Positions 1-9,305 of a stretch of 64,000 nucleotides of DNA are shown here, in pieces. Source of the DNA: Bacteroidota bacterium (lineage in GTDB: Bacteria > Bacteroidota > Ignavibacteria > SZUA-365). Numbering within the stretch: the first letter of the stretch is position 1; each line of letters opens with the position of its first letter. Where the stretch lies: NCBI GenBank assembly GCA_049663345.1, contig JBATDG010000059.1:441-64440 (forward strand). The letters are read 5' to 3'. Made by a program: the position numbers and the translations under genes. A model generated the notes under the pieces. That model was not told the DNA's origin. It ran no database searches and was given only the letters and a program-made list of their open reading frames with translations.

Positions 1-184
1 TAATCGCAACGCCGGCGGCATAGGGGATGCCTTGTCCGTCGAAGGCCTCGAGCGTCGGCATGAAGCCGTGTCCGCCGAACAGTCCGAGTGCTTTCTGTAA
101 TCCATGCGGCAAAATTATGAGCCCGAGAAAAAGTCTTGCGATGAGACCGGTGGGGCGGTCTTCTGTATAGATGAATTGTGACAT
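1..184 (-). CDS. DoxX family membrane protein, 5' part only (gene runs off the window start)
   Basis: Manual reverse-strand translation from the ATG at 184-182 gives MSQFIYTEDRPTGLIARLFLGLIILPHGLQKALGLFGGHGFMPTLEAFDGQGIPYAAGVAI. This is a hydrophobic helix followed by the HGxxK...FGG pattern typical of DoxX. It is absent from the ORF track only because the window edge truncates it. Confidence 0.6.
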   Translation of the reverse strand, partial: MSQFIYTEDRPTGLIARLFLGLIILPHGLQKALGLFGGHGFMPTLEAFDGQGIPYAAGVAI

Positions 185-329
185 GATTTCACCAGTCTGA
201 TAAGGAATAAAGGGAAATTACCTGATGGAGCTGAATTGCACAAGTCAGGAGATTTCTCATCAGCTATGGCGAAATGTACTTGTAGTGTTGTATTTTTAAA
301 AGCCCGCCATTTGAACTTCAGGATGCAAC

Positions 330-1244
330 ATGAAGAAAGACACTTACCGTCATTCCCTGATTCACACTACTATCCCGGTTCACACAATTTCATCACTCGC
401 GAGAAGCAGTACGATACTTGTTCTGCTCCTAATTCTTTTCTCGGCAAGCGAATCGCACGGCGGTTCATGGCCTTCAGAACGGAAAGCGACGTACCTGTCC
501 ATCGGCTATCATGGATTCAGCGGACAGTCCTATTACGGACAGCACGGTGAGAAACTCGGGATACAGAGGCTGGAGGAGCAAACGCTTTCTCTCTACAGCG
601 AATACGGGTATTCGAAGTATGTGACCGGCATTGTGAATATGCCGGCGTTCAGAAAACTATTCGCTCAAGTCTCACCGGATTCTCCGACCATCAGCGTGCA
701 ATCTCCGGGCGACGTGGATCTCGGTTTGCGTGCGGCGTTTTGGCCGGGGGATAATGACGTTCTCACGGTGACGGGACTATTCGGGATTCCACTTGGTGAA
801 GCGACGCAGAGAGAAGGCGTTTGGGCAGGGGACGATGAATATAATCAGCTGCTGAAGTTTGGCTACGGCCACTCGTTCACGGGCATTCCGATGTATGTTC
901 ATCTTGAGAGCGGATACAACTTCCGAAGCGGGGGCTACGCTGATGAATTCGTGATGGGTGCGGAAGTGGGCGTTCGACTGATAGATCCGCTGCAGCTTAT
1001 TCTGCGTGTCCGTTCAGTGAACAGCCAGGGAAACGGAGACGCCGATTTTCTGGGAGGCAACTTCGGGTTCGCGAGCAACAACCAGCGCTACCTGATGTAT
1101 GGCCCGGAACTCGCATTCTGGATTTCAGAAGGCTTCGGCCTCAATCTTGGAATGTACTCCGTCACCCAGGCTCGCAACATGCCCGCTTCGACTGCTGTTA
1201 CCTCCGGAGTGTTTTTTGTTATTCCGGCTCCTTCCGACGAATAA
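330..1244 (+). CDS. Hypothetical exported protein, possibly an outer-membrane beta-barrel
   Basis: 304-aa ORF with an N-terminal hydrophobic signal-like segment (STILVLLLILFSASES). It is rich in Gly and aromatic residues with alternating patterns (GYNFRSGGY, YLMYGPELAFW). I recognised no catalytic motif. Confidence 0.4.
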   Translation: MKKDTYRHSLIHTTIPVHTISSLARSSTILVLLLILFSASESHGGSWPSERKATYLSIGYHGFSGQSYYGQHGEKLGIQRLEEQTLSLYSEYGYSKYVTGIVNMPAFRKLFAQVSPDSPTISVQSPGDVDLGLRAAFWPGDNDVLTVTGLFGIPLGEATQREGVWAGDDEYNQLLKFGYGHSFTGIPMYVHLESGYNFRSGGYADEFVMGAEVGVRLIDPLQLILRVRSVNSQGNGDADFLGGNFGFASNNQRYLMYGPELAFWISEGFGLNLGMYSVTQARNMPASTAVTSGVFFVIPAPSDE

Positions 1245-1298
1245 TGGCATGATTCGATAGCCGCGGGCGCTGATTTTCTCTGAAGTATCGAGGCTCTC

Positions 1299-1847
1299 AT
1301 GGGACAACCCTTTACCGTTCCGTTCGACCGATGTTATTACATCGATGAACAGTTGTTGGCGGGACTATACCCCGGCGATCTTTCTGTTGCGTCGGCTGAT
1401 ACCAAGCTTCGCGCTCTGCTGGATGCCGGTATCGATTACTTCATCGATTTGACCGAAGAGAACGAAGGAAGGATGTTTGGCCGTCCTCTTGTTCCATACA
1501 AAAACCACCTGGAAGAGCTCGCCTCCGAACGTGGAATCGACGTGATCCATCAGCGGTGGCCGATCGTCGATATGGGAATTCCGGAGAAAGCGCAGATGTC
1601 TGCTATCCTCGATGATATCGACAGAGCGCGGGCGCAGGGGCGGCGCGTGTACGTGCATTGCCTCGGGGGTGTTGGAAGAACAGGCACCGTGATTGGCTGC
1701 TGGCTCGCACGGCATGATGTCGCTGTTGGTCAGATGGCCCTGGAGGCAATTGCATTGCTGCGAAAGCATAGGCCGGGTAGAGATATGGACTCTCCACAGA
1801 CGCGGCAGCAGTGCAGCATGGTGCGTGAATGGGAAGTGGGGAAATGA
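1299..1847 (+). CDS. Cys-based protein phosphatase (dual-specificity / tyrosine phosphatase family)
   Basis: 182-aa ORF with the HCX5R(S/T) active-site loop VHCLGGVGRTGT. Its stop overlaps the next gene. Confidence 0.8.
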   Translation: MGQPFTVPFDRCYYIDEQLLAGLYPGDLSVASADTKLRALLDAGIDYFIDLTEENEGRMFGRPLVPYKNHLEELASERGIDVIHQRWPIVDMGIPEKAQMSAILDDIDRARAQGRRVYVHCLGGVGRTGTVIGCWLARHDVAVGQMALEAIALLRKHRPGRDMDSPQTRQQCSMVREWEVGK

Positions 1848-4546
1848 TTCCGCCACTCGCCCGCCTGGGTGGATCCACAGTCGTTGAAGCGATAGATCGG
1901 GGCGCGACAATCTGTGTCGCCACACAGAGACTGGCCAGGGCACTGCATCAGGCCTGGAATGATCTGATGCTGGAAGGGAAGCATCGTGTATGGCGAACCC
2001 CCGACATAATTCCCCTCTCTGCATGGCAGCGACGCATTGCCTCTGAGCTGAATGTCCGCAGCACAGATGCAGCGAGTGAAGCGCTTCCGATACTTGAACA
2101 ACAGCAGGAATTGCTTACCTGGGAGCAGGCAGCCCTTGCCGCCGGAGTACTGAGTGATGCACTCCAGCCGCTTCAACTATCCGCTGCGATGATGGACGCC
2201 CACGCTCTCGCTGTGGCATGGGATATTCAGATCGATGAATCTGATGCTCTCCCCGGCACTGACACTGCGGCTTTCCTTGCGGTGCGGGAACAGGCGGAAG
2301 TTCGCTGGCGGCAGCTTGGTGCCGTCCCTGCAGCAATATTGCCCCTGCGCGCGATTGAAGCGATACGCATGCTTCCTCAATTGCTGCCTGAGGAAATAAT
2401 GTTCATCGGCTTTGACCTTCCGGCGGATGCCGCGCTTCGCTCCACGCTTCAAGCGCTGCGGAATTCAGGCACCCGGGTGACGATGGTGACCAGTCCGCAT
2501 GCTCCGGCTGATGGAAAATTGCTGCAGTTCCCATGCTTTGAAGACGAACTGCATGATGCGGCCCAATGGTGCGGCGAGCTGCTTGAAAGAGGAGAAGGGG
2601 ATATCGGCATCATCATACCTCATCTCGATAGTGTCCGCACGCTGGCGCAGCGCGTGTTTGGCGATGTGCTGCAGCCATCAACGGCTACGCAGCAGCTTGA
2701 CGGCAAAGCTGCACTCTTTGAATTGTCTCTCGGTCCGCGAGCCATCGACGAGCCGCTGATCGACGCAGCTTTTCTCGTGCTTGATCTGCAGCGCAGTGGC
2801 ATTGCGATAGAGCAATGGACGCGGATACTGCACTCGCCATTCATCCGGGGCGCAGATCGCTGGGGCGACAAGCGGGCGCTGCTCGATGTGGAATTGCGTC
2901 GGCGGGGATTGCGTGAGGCAAGTGCAGCCGATGTCACGCGTGCAGCTGCAAGGATCGAACACGAGAATGACGATCCGTTGATTGCGGTACTCAGCAGCGT
3001 CGCATTCGACAATGTTCGGCGCTCAGCCGCGGACTGGACCGCAGCGTTTCTGCGGGTGCTGGAGGCATGCGGATGGCCGGGCGATCGGGGACTCAACAGC
3101 CGTGAGTATCAGGCGAGGGAACGCTTTCGCGATCTGCTGGAGGAATTCGCCGGACTCGATGTTGTAATGGCGCCGGTGCAGCTTGTCGAAGCGCTCGCTC
3201 GCTTCCGCCGCCTCGCCTCGGAGCGCGTGTTTCAAGTGAAGTCCGTCCGCGCCCCGGTGCAGATCATGGGTGTGCGCGAAAGCGCCGGATTACGTTTTTC
3301 GCATTGCCGGGTTCTCGGCATGAATGACGACATCTGGCCGCCGTCGCCTCATCCGATTGCCTTCGTTCCAATACGTCTGCAGCGCAGCGCGGGAATCCCG
3401 GCCGCTGTTCCCGAACGCTTCCTCGAACAGGTTCGCGAGGAGACTGCATTGCTGTTCCGATGCGCTGAACAGGTGACCTTTACATGCAGCGCTGCAGACG
3501 GCGACAGGGAATTGCTTCCGTCCCCTCTGCTTTCCTCTCTCGCAATGGAAAGCCGTCGCGTGCAGCGGCGCGATGCTGTTCATCTCATTGCCGGCAGCGA
3601 CCGGCTTCAGCTGCAGACGCTGCGCGACGACAAGGCACCGCCGATGGATATCGGCGAGTACGTGCGCGGCGGGACCACAATAATCTCACTGCAATCAGCA
3701 TGTCCTTTTCGCGCGTTTGTCGACCGGCGCCTCCATGCCGCAAGGCCCGAAGAGGTGGAGCATGGCGTTCGCGCAATCGATCGCGGCAATTTGATCCATC
3801 GTTCCCTGGAGGCCTTTTGGCGCAAACTCAAGACCCACAGTCAGCTGACAGCGCTTTCCGATACGGACCTGCGCAAGCTTCTGCAGGAGGTCATCGACCA
3901 GTCATTTGAGCAGGAGAAATACCTCGGACCACGCCGCGTAGCAGAACATCTCCTTGAAGCAGAACGTGAATGCCTGCTGCTTCTGCTCTACGATTGGGTC
4001 ACTATGGAGAAAGCGCGATTGCCCTTCGAGGCGAAAGAGTTGGAGTTGAAGAAAACAATCAATCTCTCGGGTCTGCCTCTGGAAATGAAAATCGACCGCA
4101 TCGATGAACTCTCAGATGGAAGCCAGTTGGTGATCGACTACAAAAGCGGAAATAAATCCGTTGCGGATTGGATGGCGCTTCGTCCATCGGAGCCGCAGGT
4201 CCCGCTTTACCTGCAGGCGAGCGACAACCATGCCAGGGCGGCAGCATTTGCGATAGTGCGGCGCGGAGAGTCCCATTTTGCCGGTCTGAAGGATGATGAC
4301 GTTCCAATGAACGAGCTTTCCTCTGCATCTGAATATCTGGCGAAAAAGGAAATGGATGAGCGGGATTGGCAGAGTCTGCAGAGGCGCTGGACTTCCATCC
4401 TCGAAGGACTCGCCAGTGAATTCCTTTCCGGACACGCAGCGGTTGATCCGCGTGACGGCGCAGACACCTGCGAATATTGCAAGCTGTCTGCCTGCTGCCG
4501 CATCGACAGCGTGAATATCGTGGCATCGGGTGAAGAAGATGAATGA
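1829..4546 (+). CDS. AddB-like PD-(D/E)XK nuclease subunit (helicase-nuclease complex subunit B)
   Basis: 905-aa ORF. The C-terminal RecB-family nuclease signature is IDRIDELSDGSQLVIDYKSG ... QVPLYLQ. A Cys cluster CEYCKLSACC plus an upstream Cys (SLQSACPF) gives an AddB/Cas4-like 4-Cys arrangement. No Walker A was seen. It overlaps the AddA-like gene. An alternative start ATG at 1844 forms an ATGA overlap with the phosphatase stop. Confidence 0.75.
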   Translation: MGSGEMIPPLARLGGSTVVEAIDRGATICVATQRLARALHQAWNDLMLEGKHRVWRTPDIIPLSAWQRRIASELNVRSTDAASEALPILEQQQELLTWEQAALAAGVLSDALQPLQLSAAMMDAHALAVAWDIQIDESDALPGTDTAAFLAVREQAEVRWRQLGAVPAAILPLRAIEAIRMLPQLLPEEIMFIGFDLPADAALRSTLQALRNSGTRVTMVTSPHAPADGKLLQFPCFEDELHDAAQWCGELLERGEGDIGIIIPHLDSVRTLAQRVFGDVLQPSTATQQLDGKAALFELSLGPRAIDEPLIDAAFLVLDLQRSGIAIEQWTRILHSPFIRGADRWGDKRALLDVELRRRGLREASAADVTRAAARIEHENDDPLIAVLSSVAFDNVRRSAADWTAAFLRVLEACGWPGDRGLNSREYQARERFRDLLEEFAGLDVVMAPVQLVEALARFRRLASERVFQVKSVRAPVQIMGVRESAGLRFSHCRVLGMNDDIWPPSPHPIAFVPIRLQRSAGIPAAVPERFLEQVREETALLFRCAEQVTFTCSAADGDRELLPSPLLSSLAMESRRVQRRDAVHLIAGSDRLQLQTLRDDKAPPMDIGEYVRGGTTIISLQSACPFRAFVDRRLHAARPEEVEHGVRAIDRGNLIHRSLEAFWRKLKTHSQLTALSDTDLRKLLQEVIDQSFEQEKYLGPRRVAEHLLEAERECLLLLLYDWVTMEKARLPFEAKELELKKTINLSGLPLEMKIDRIDELSDGSQLVIDYKSGNKSVADWMALRPSEPQVPLYLQASDNHARAAAFAIVRRGESHFAGLKDDDVPMNELSSASEYLAKKEMDERDWQSLQRRWTSILEGLASEFLSGHAAVDPRDGADTCEYCKLSACCRIDSVNIVASGEEDE

Positions 4547-7500
4547 GAAAGCACGGATTGATCCAGCTGCAGAGCCTGTTGAAGTCCCTGCACATGGTGA
4601 GGTGTCGTCAGTGACTTCGGGAAGAATAGAAGCGCTGCAGCCCGCAGCCGACGTCGTGCATCATGATGCCGACGCCTTGCAGCATGATGCCGACGCTTTG
4701 CAGCAGGATATCGCTGCACGCGAAACGGCAATCGACAAAGTGCGGTCCTTTATTGTTCAGGCTCCCGCTGGTTCTGGAAAAACCGAGCTGCTCATCCAGC
4801 GCTACTTATCACTTCTCGCTACTGTAGACGCTCCCGAAGAAATCATCGCCATCACATTCACGCGCAAGGCCGCGACGGAAATGCGTGTGCGCATTCTCGA
4901 AGCTCTTCGCGCGGCGGGGGAGAAGGACGCAGAGACCGCACATGCGCGCCGCACGCAGCAGCTTGCCCGCGAGGCGCTGGCGAGGGACGCCGCGATGCGA
5001 TGGTCCTTGCGCGAGCAGCCGGGCCGAATGCGCATTCTCACCATCGATGCGCTCAACGGATGGATCACAAGGCAGATGCCCTGGCTTTCAGGACTCGGAC
5101 CCATCTCCTCTGTCACAGATGATTCAGCCGGATTCTATCACGAGGCTGTGCGAAGCGTGCTGCTCGGAGAAGCTGGGGGCGCGGCACTGCGATCCGTCGT
5201 GCGCAGTCTGTTGGTTCATCTCGACAACCGCTTTACAGCTATCGAGGATCTGCTCGCAGGAATGCTGGCCATCCGCGACCAGTGGATTGCGCTTGTCGAG
5301 GGAGGCCTCGACAGTCTCGCGGCTCGTACCGTGCTCGAAACAACACTTCAGCGCATAATCATTTCCCATCTCGAAAAACTCTCGGCCCGGTTCACGGCTG
5401 CTCAACTCGGGGAAGGCATGACGCTTGCTGCTCATGCCGCTGAAGTCCTCAATGCAGATCCGGAGCGTTCCGGCGAGGCGATGCAGGCCTGCCTTGGCTT
5501 CGAAGGAACGCCGACTGCCCAGGTTGGGGACATCCCGCTCTGGCTCGGCCTTCGGCAAATACTGCTGACTGACAGTGATGATTTTCGAAAGCCGCGCGGC
5601 ATCACAATACGCCAGGGCTTTGCGGCGAAGGACCCGATGAAGGATAGGCTGATTGCGCTGATTCAGGAAATTTCGGAGGACGATGCGCTGCGCGAATTGC
5701 TTGGAGCGCTTCGGCTGCTCCCGGCCGCACAGTTCGACGATGCGCAGTGGGATGTTGTCGGCAGCATGGTCACGATACTTGCTGCCTGTGTCGATGAACT
5801 GCGTCCGCTCTTCTCGCGCCGCAGTGCGACCGATCACATCGAAGTCGCTGCATCTGCAAGAAAAGCTATGGGCAGCGAACTCGAGCCCACGGATCTCTCG
5901 ATGATGCTGGAATACAGGATCCGGCATCTGCTGGTCGACGAATTTCAGGACACTTCGTCAAGTCAGTTTCTCCTTTTGGCTCAGCTCACCGCAGGCTGGA
6001 GTGCACCCGATCAGCACACGCTGTTCCTCGTAGGCGATCCGATGCAGTCCATCTACCGGTTTCGCGAAGCGGAAGTAGGACTGTTCCTTCAGGTCTGGCA
6101 GGAGCAGCGGCTGGGTTCCGTACCGCTCACCGCCTTGCGGCTTACGCGCAACTTCCGGTCGCAGGCGGGGATTGTCTCCTGGGTCAACGATGTTTTCTCA
6201 CACATGATGCCTGAAGCGAGCGACCCTGCAGCGGGTGCGGTTGCGTATGCTCCGTCAATCCCGGTGCATGATGCTGAGGGAAAGGCAGCGGAAATCAGGA
6301 TGGTATTCTCCGGAAACCGTAAAGAGGAGGCGGGGAATATTGCCGCTCTGCTCAGGCAAGTGCTTGACGGCGCGGTTTGCCGTCAGGTCGATTCCGTCGC
6401 CGTGCTGGTGCGCGCACGAAGCCATCTCGCAGATATCGTGCCGGCCCTTCGTGCCGAGGGCGTCCGTTTCCGTGCCGTTGAAATCGAAGCGCTCGGAAAG
6501 AGCAGCGCCGTGCAGGATATTCTCGCGCTCACTCGGGCGCTGCTGTTTCCCGCAGATCGCATCGCATGGCTGGCGGTGCTGCGCGCTCCGTATTGCGGAA
6601 TGACCCTGGCCGATCTGCATGCCCTGTGCCGGAACGATGAACACACACCGCTGCGCACACTTCTTCGAAATTCTGAGCGGCTGGAAAAGATGAGTCCGGA
6701 TGGCCGCGCCCGCGCTGAACGGATTTCCGCAGCGCTTTCGAATGCAGCGGCGCGAAGGGGAAGGACATCGCTCCGAAGCTATGTCGAAGGATGCTGGATA
6801 GCCCTCGGCGCACCTGCGCTGATCGATGCCGGAGAGGTCGAAGCGGCGACGGCGTTTCTGTCCCTGCTCGAACAGCATGATGAAGGCGGAGACCTTGACG
6901 ATGCTGCATTGCTCGAGCAGAGCGCAGGCATGCTCTATGCACCTCCGGATCCGGAAGGGGACGCAAGGCTGCAGCTCATGACGGTGCATAAGGCGAAAGG
7001 ACTCCAGTTCGATGTTGTGGTGATTCCGCGTCTCGATGGCGTGCCGCGTCCCGAACAGGATCGTCTGCTGCTATGGGATCGGTCGCTCGGCGATGAAGGA
7101 CTCGCGTTCCTGATCGCGCCTCTCCGGGCTCGCGGCGGAGCTGTTGATTCGATCTACTCATACATCAAGAAATCGCGTGCGAAGAAGGCAGAACACGAAT
7201 ACGTGCGCATGCTGTATGTCGCCGCCACGCGGGCGAAACGCCGGTTGTATCTTTCCGCAACGCTGAAGGAGAGTGAGAAATCAGGAGAGCTGAGTTTGAA
7301 AAACCCCGCCTCCCGTTCCTTTCTGTTCTCACTGTGGCCGGTGCTGCAGGAGGAGATTGAGCAGCGGTACGCGGACTGGCGCGGCAAGCAGGATACGGAA
7401 CCCGCGCGTGAAGCATCAGCTTCGGTCTCGGCTAGTATACTTCAACGCGTGCCTGAAGGATGGCTGCCGCCGGAGCTGCCGCCTGACGCGGTATATCATG

Positions 7501-8093
7501 GCGGCGAAAAACAGGACGAAGCTCTGCGGTACGAATCTTCGGTGAGCGATCTGGCCTGGCGCGCGGGTCATGGCGCGCGGGCAGCTGGCGTCGTCGTGCA
7601 CGCCCTGCTGCATCGTGTGGCTGTAGAAGGCAAATTGTTCTGGCGGAATGTTGGGGACGAAGAGCGCCGCGCCATGCTTCGCGCGATGTTTGTGGATGCC
7701 GGACTGCTGCAGCCTGAAAAAGACGTTCTCGAGCGTGCTTCTTCCGCCATCGATCGTGTTTTAGCGGATGAAAAGGGAAGGTGGATTCTCGATCGCCATG
7801 AACACGCAGAATGTGAACTCGCCTTAACGGGATATGACGGAGAGTCGATACTTGGCGTCAGGATCGACAGGACGTTCGTAACCGCCGACGGAGTGCGCTG
7901 GATCGTGGATTACAAAACCTCTTCACACGAAGGTGCGGATCTTGAGGAATTTCTAGCCGGACAGGAGAAACTGTACCGGCCTCAGCTCGAACGCTATGCA
8001 CGAATGATGAAGGTTTGGGACGGAAGGCCGGTTCGCGCGGCGCTGTATTATCCGTTACTGCAGCGCTGGCGTGAAGTATCGTTGGGGGAATGA
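4530..8093 (+). CDS. AddA/RecB-like UvrD-family helicase with C-terminal nuclease
   Basis: 1187-aa ORF. Walker A is APAGSGKTE. Other motifs are LLVDEFQDTS, LVGDPMQSIYRFREA, TVHKAKGLQFD and YVAATRAKRRLY. The C-terminal PD-(D/E)XK motif is VRWIVDYKTS. An alternative start lies at 4539. Confidence 0.85.
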   Translation: MKKMNEKARIDPAAEPVEVPAHGEVSSVTSGRIEALQPAADVVHHDADALQHDADALQQDIAARETAIDKVRSFIVQAPAGSGKTELLIQRYLSLLATVDAPEEIIAITFTRKAATEMRVRILEALRAAGEKDAETAHARRTQQLAREALARDAAMRWSLREQPGRMRILTIDALNGWITRQMPWLSGLGPISSVTDDSAGFYHEAVRSVLLGEAGGAALRSVVRSLLVHLDNRFTAIEDLLAGMLAIRDQWIALVEGGLDSLAARTVLETTLQRIIISHLEKLSARFTAAQLGEGMTLAAHAAEVLNADPERSGEAMQACLGFEGTPTAQVGDIPLWLGLRQILLTDSDDFRKPRGITIRQGFAAKDPMKDRLIALIQEISEDDALRELLGALRLLPAAQFDDAQWDVVGSMVTILAACVDELRPLFSRRSATDHIEVAASARKAMGSELEPTDLSMMLEYRIRHLLVDEFQDTSSSQFLLLAQLTAGWSAPDQHTLFLVGDPMQSIYRFREAEVGLFLQVWQEQRLGSVPLTALRLTRNFRSQAGIVSWVNDVFSHMMPEASDPAAGAVAYAPSIPVHDAEGKAAEIRMVFSGNRKEEAGNIAALLRQVLDGAVCRQVDSVAVLVRARSHLADIVPALRAEGVRFRAVEIEALGKSSAVQDILALTRALLFPADRIAWLAVLRAPYCGMTLADLHALCRNDEHTPLRTLLRNSERLEKMSPDGRARAERISAALSNAAARRGRTSLRSYVEGCWIALGAPALIDAGEVEAATAFLSLLEQHDEGGDLDDAALLEQSAGMLYAPPDPEGDARLQLMTVHKAKGLQFDVVVIPRLDGVPRPEQDRLLLWDRSLGDEGLAFLIAPLRARGGAVDSIYSYIKKSRAKKAEHEYVRMLYVAATRAKRRLYLSATLKESEKSGELSLKNPASRSFLFSLWPVLQEEIEQRYADWRGKQDTEPAREASASVSASILQRVPEGWLPPELPPDAVYHGGEKQDEALRYESSVSDLAWRAGHGARAAGVVVHALLHRVAVEGKLFWRNVGDEERRAMLRAMFVDAGLLQPEKDVLERASSAIDRVLADEKGRWILDRHEHAECELALTGYDGESILGVRIDRTFVTADGVRWIVDYKTSSHEGADLEEFLAGQEKLYRPQLERYARMMKVWDGRPVRAALYYPLLQRWREVSLGE

Positions 8094-8121
8094 AGCGGCC
8101 TGAGAGGGCAATAGACTGCGC

Positions 8122-9087
8122 CTAGCGGGAGAGACGAACAGGGATAGCGTCGAACATCTTGCCTGACTCAATCAGAACGTAATAGGTCCCGGGGGACATG
8201 CCTTCTGTCGACTGCAGCGTGGCAATGTGCTTTCCAATCGGAAGATAATCATGCAGAAGTCTTTGAATGGTTTTCCCGTTGCCGTCGACCACGCGTACAA
8301 GAGTCTGTCCGGCGGTCGGCAGGAAAAACCGGATTGTCGCATTAGTAGAAAATGGATTGGGAGTGGCACTTTCCAACAACAGAATTGCTTCGCGTTTCGG
8401 ACCGCAATCAGTGAGAGGAGATTCGGGGAAACCGCTCTGACGTATTCGTTCTGTGTAGTCGTCACCGTCCCACAAAACAAACGAGACTTTTGCGAGCGCG
8501 TCGAGCTGTTCCATTCGAATATTTTTGCAGGCGGCCATCAGGAATGCGAGTTCATCTCTCGCCGGCGTTTCCATCGCGTTCGAAATTACGCCCCGATATT
8601 TCGTGAACCAGTCAACGAACATTCTCATCGATGATCCCCGCCATTCCTCCACAGTTGAATCAATGCGCGTTTCGAGGTACTTGAACGGCTTTTCATTTTT
8701 CTCGGTGAAGCGGGCGACATCCTGATACACTTTCAGCCGCTCATTGAAGCCATTTTGAAGGAGCGGACGCAGCGACGTGAAACCCGCGTAATCGTGCTTT
8801 TCCCATACAGACTTCTGCGCACGAAGGTTGTTGTTGAGGTTGGTGCGGATCATGTCATGACGTTCCCGGAGTCCATCAAGCACATTCAGCTCGCGTGCAG
8901 GCAGATGAGACTCGAACTGCGCTTTCCACTGCTTCATTACAGGGAATACGCGTGATTCCATAAGAGAGATAACGTCCTGCTGCAGTGACTCTTTCGCCGT
9001 CGCCAATTCCTGCGGAGTCTGCGCATTCAGGGTCGGACCCTGGATCGTAGAGACAAGAACAAGCAGCAGCAAATAAAATCGTTTCAT
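8122..9087 (-). CDS. Secreted protein of unknown function with a T9SS C-terminal sorting domain
   Basis: I place the start at the internal Met MKRFYLLLLVLVSTIQGPTLNAQ (signal peptide) rather than at the 483-aa ORF start, which would overlap tonB. The C-terminus, NPFSTNATIRFFLPTAGQTLVRVVDGNGKTIQRL...GTYYVLIESG...VRLSR, matches the T9SS type A CTD pattern. Confidence 0.7.
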   Translation of the reverse strand: MKRFYLLLLVLVSTIQGPTLNAQTPQELATAKESLQQDVISLMESRVFPVMKQWKAQFESHLPARELNVLDGLRERHDMIRTNLNNNLRAQKSVWEKHDYAGFTSLRPLLQNGFNERLKVYQDVARFTEKNEKPFKYLETRIDSTVEEWRGSSMRMFVDWFTKYRGVISNAMETPARDELAFLMAACKNIRMEQLDALAKVSFVLWDGDDYTERIRQSGFPESPLTDCGPKREAILLLESATPNPFSTNATIRFFLPTAGQTLVRVVDGNGKTIQRLLHDYLPIGKHIATLQSTEGMSPGTYYVLIESGKMFDAIPVRLSR

Positions 9088-9305
9088 TGACACGCACTCC
9101 GTATTGGATACTGGATTCCGGTTTTGGGTGGCAGCACTTTCAAAAGCATGATGCAGTGACAAATCTACCTTGTTAGAGTCATGCGATACAATAACTTTCG
9201 GCGTCCCTGATGCAGCGATCCCCATCCCGGGTTTTGCACATGCGGCAGCCACGCGGTGGGGTATCGAAGAAAAACTCATGCGCACAATGTGTGAGCAGAC
9301 TAACA

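Noticed and set aside
1829-8093. The AddAB-like pair as part of a defence island or mobile element.
   Set aside because: No restriction, abortive-infection, integrase or transposase genes flank it, and I saw no obvious composition shift. AddAB-type enzymes are core recombination-repair functions.
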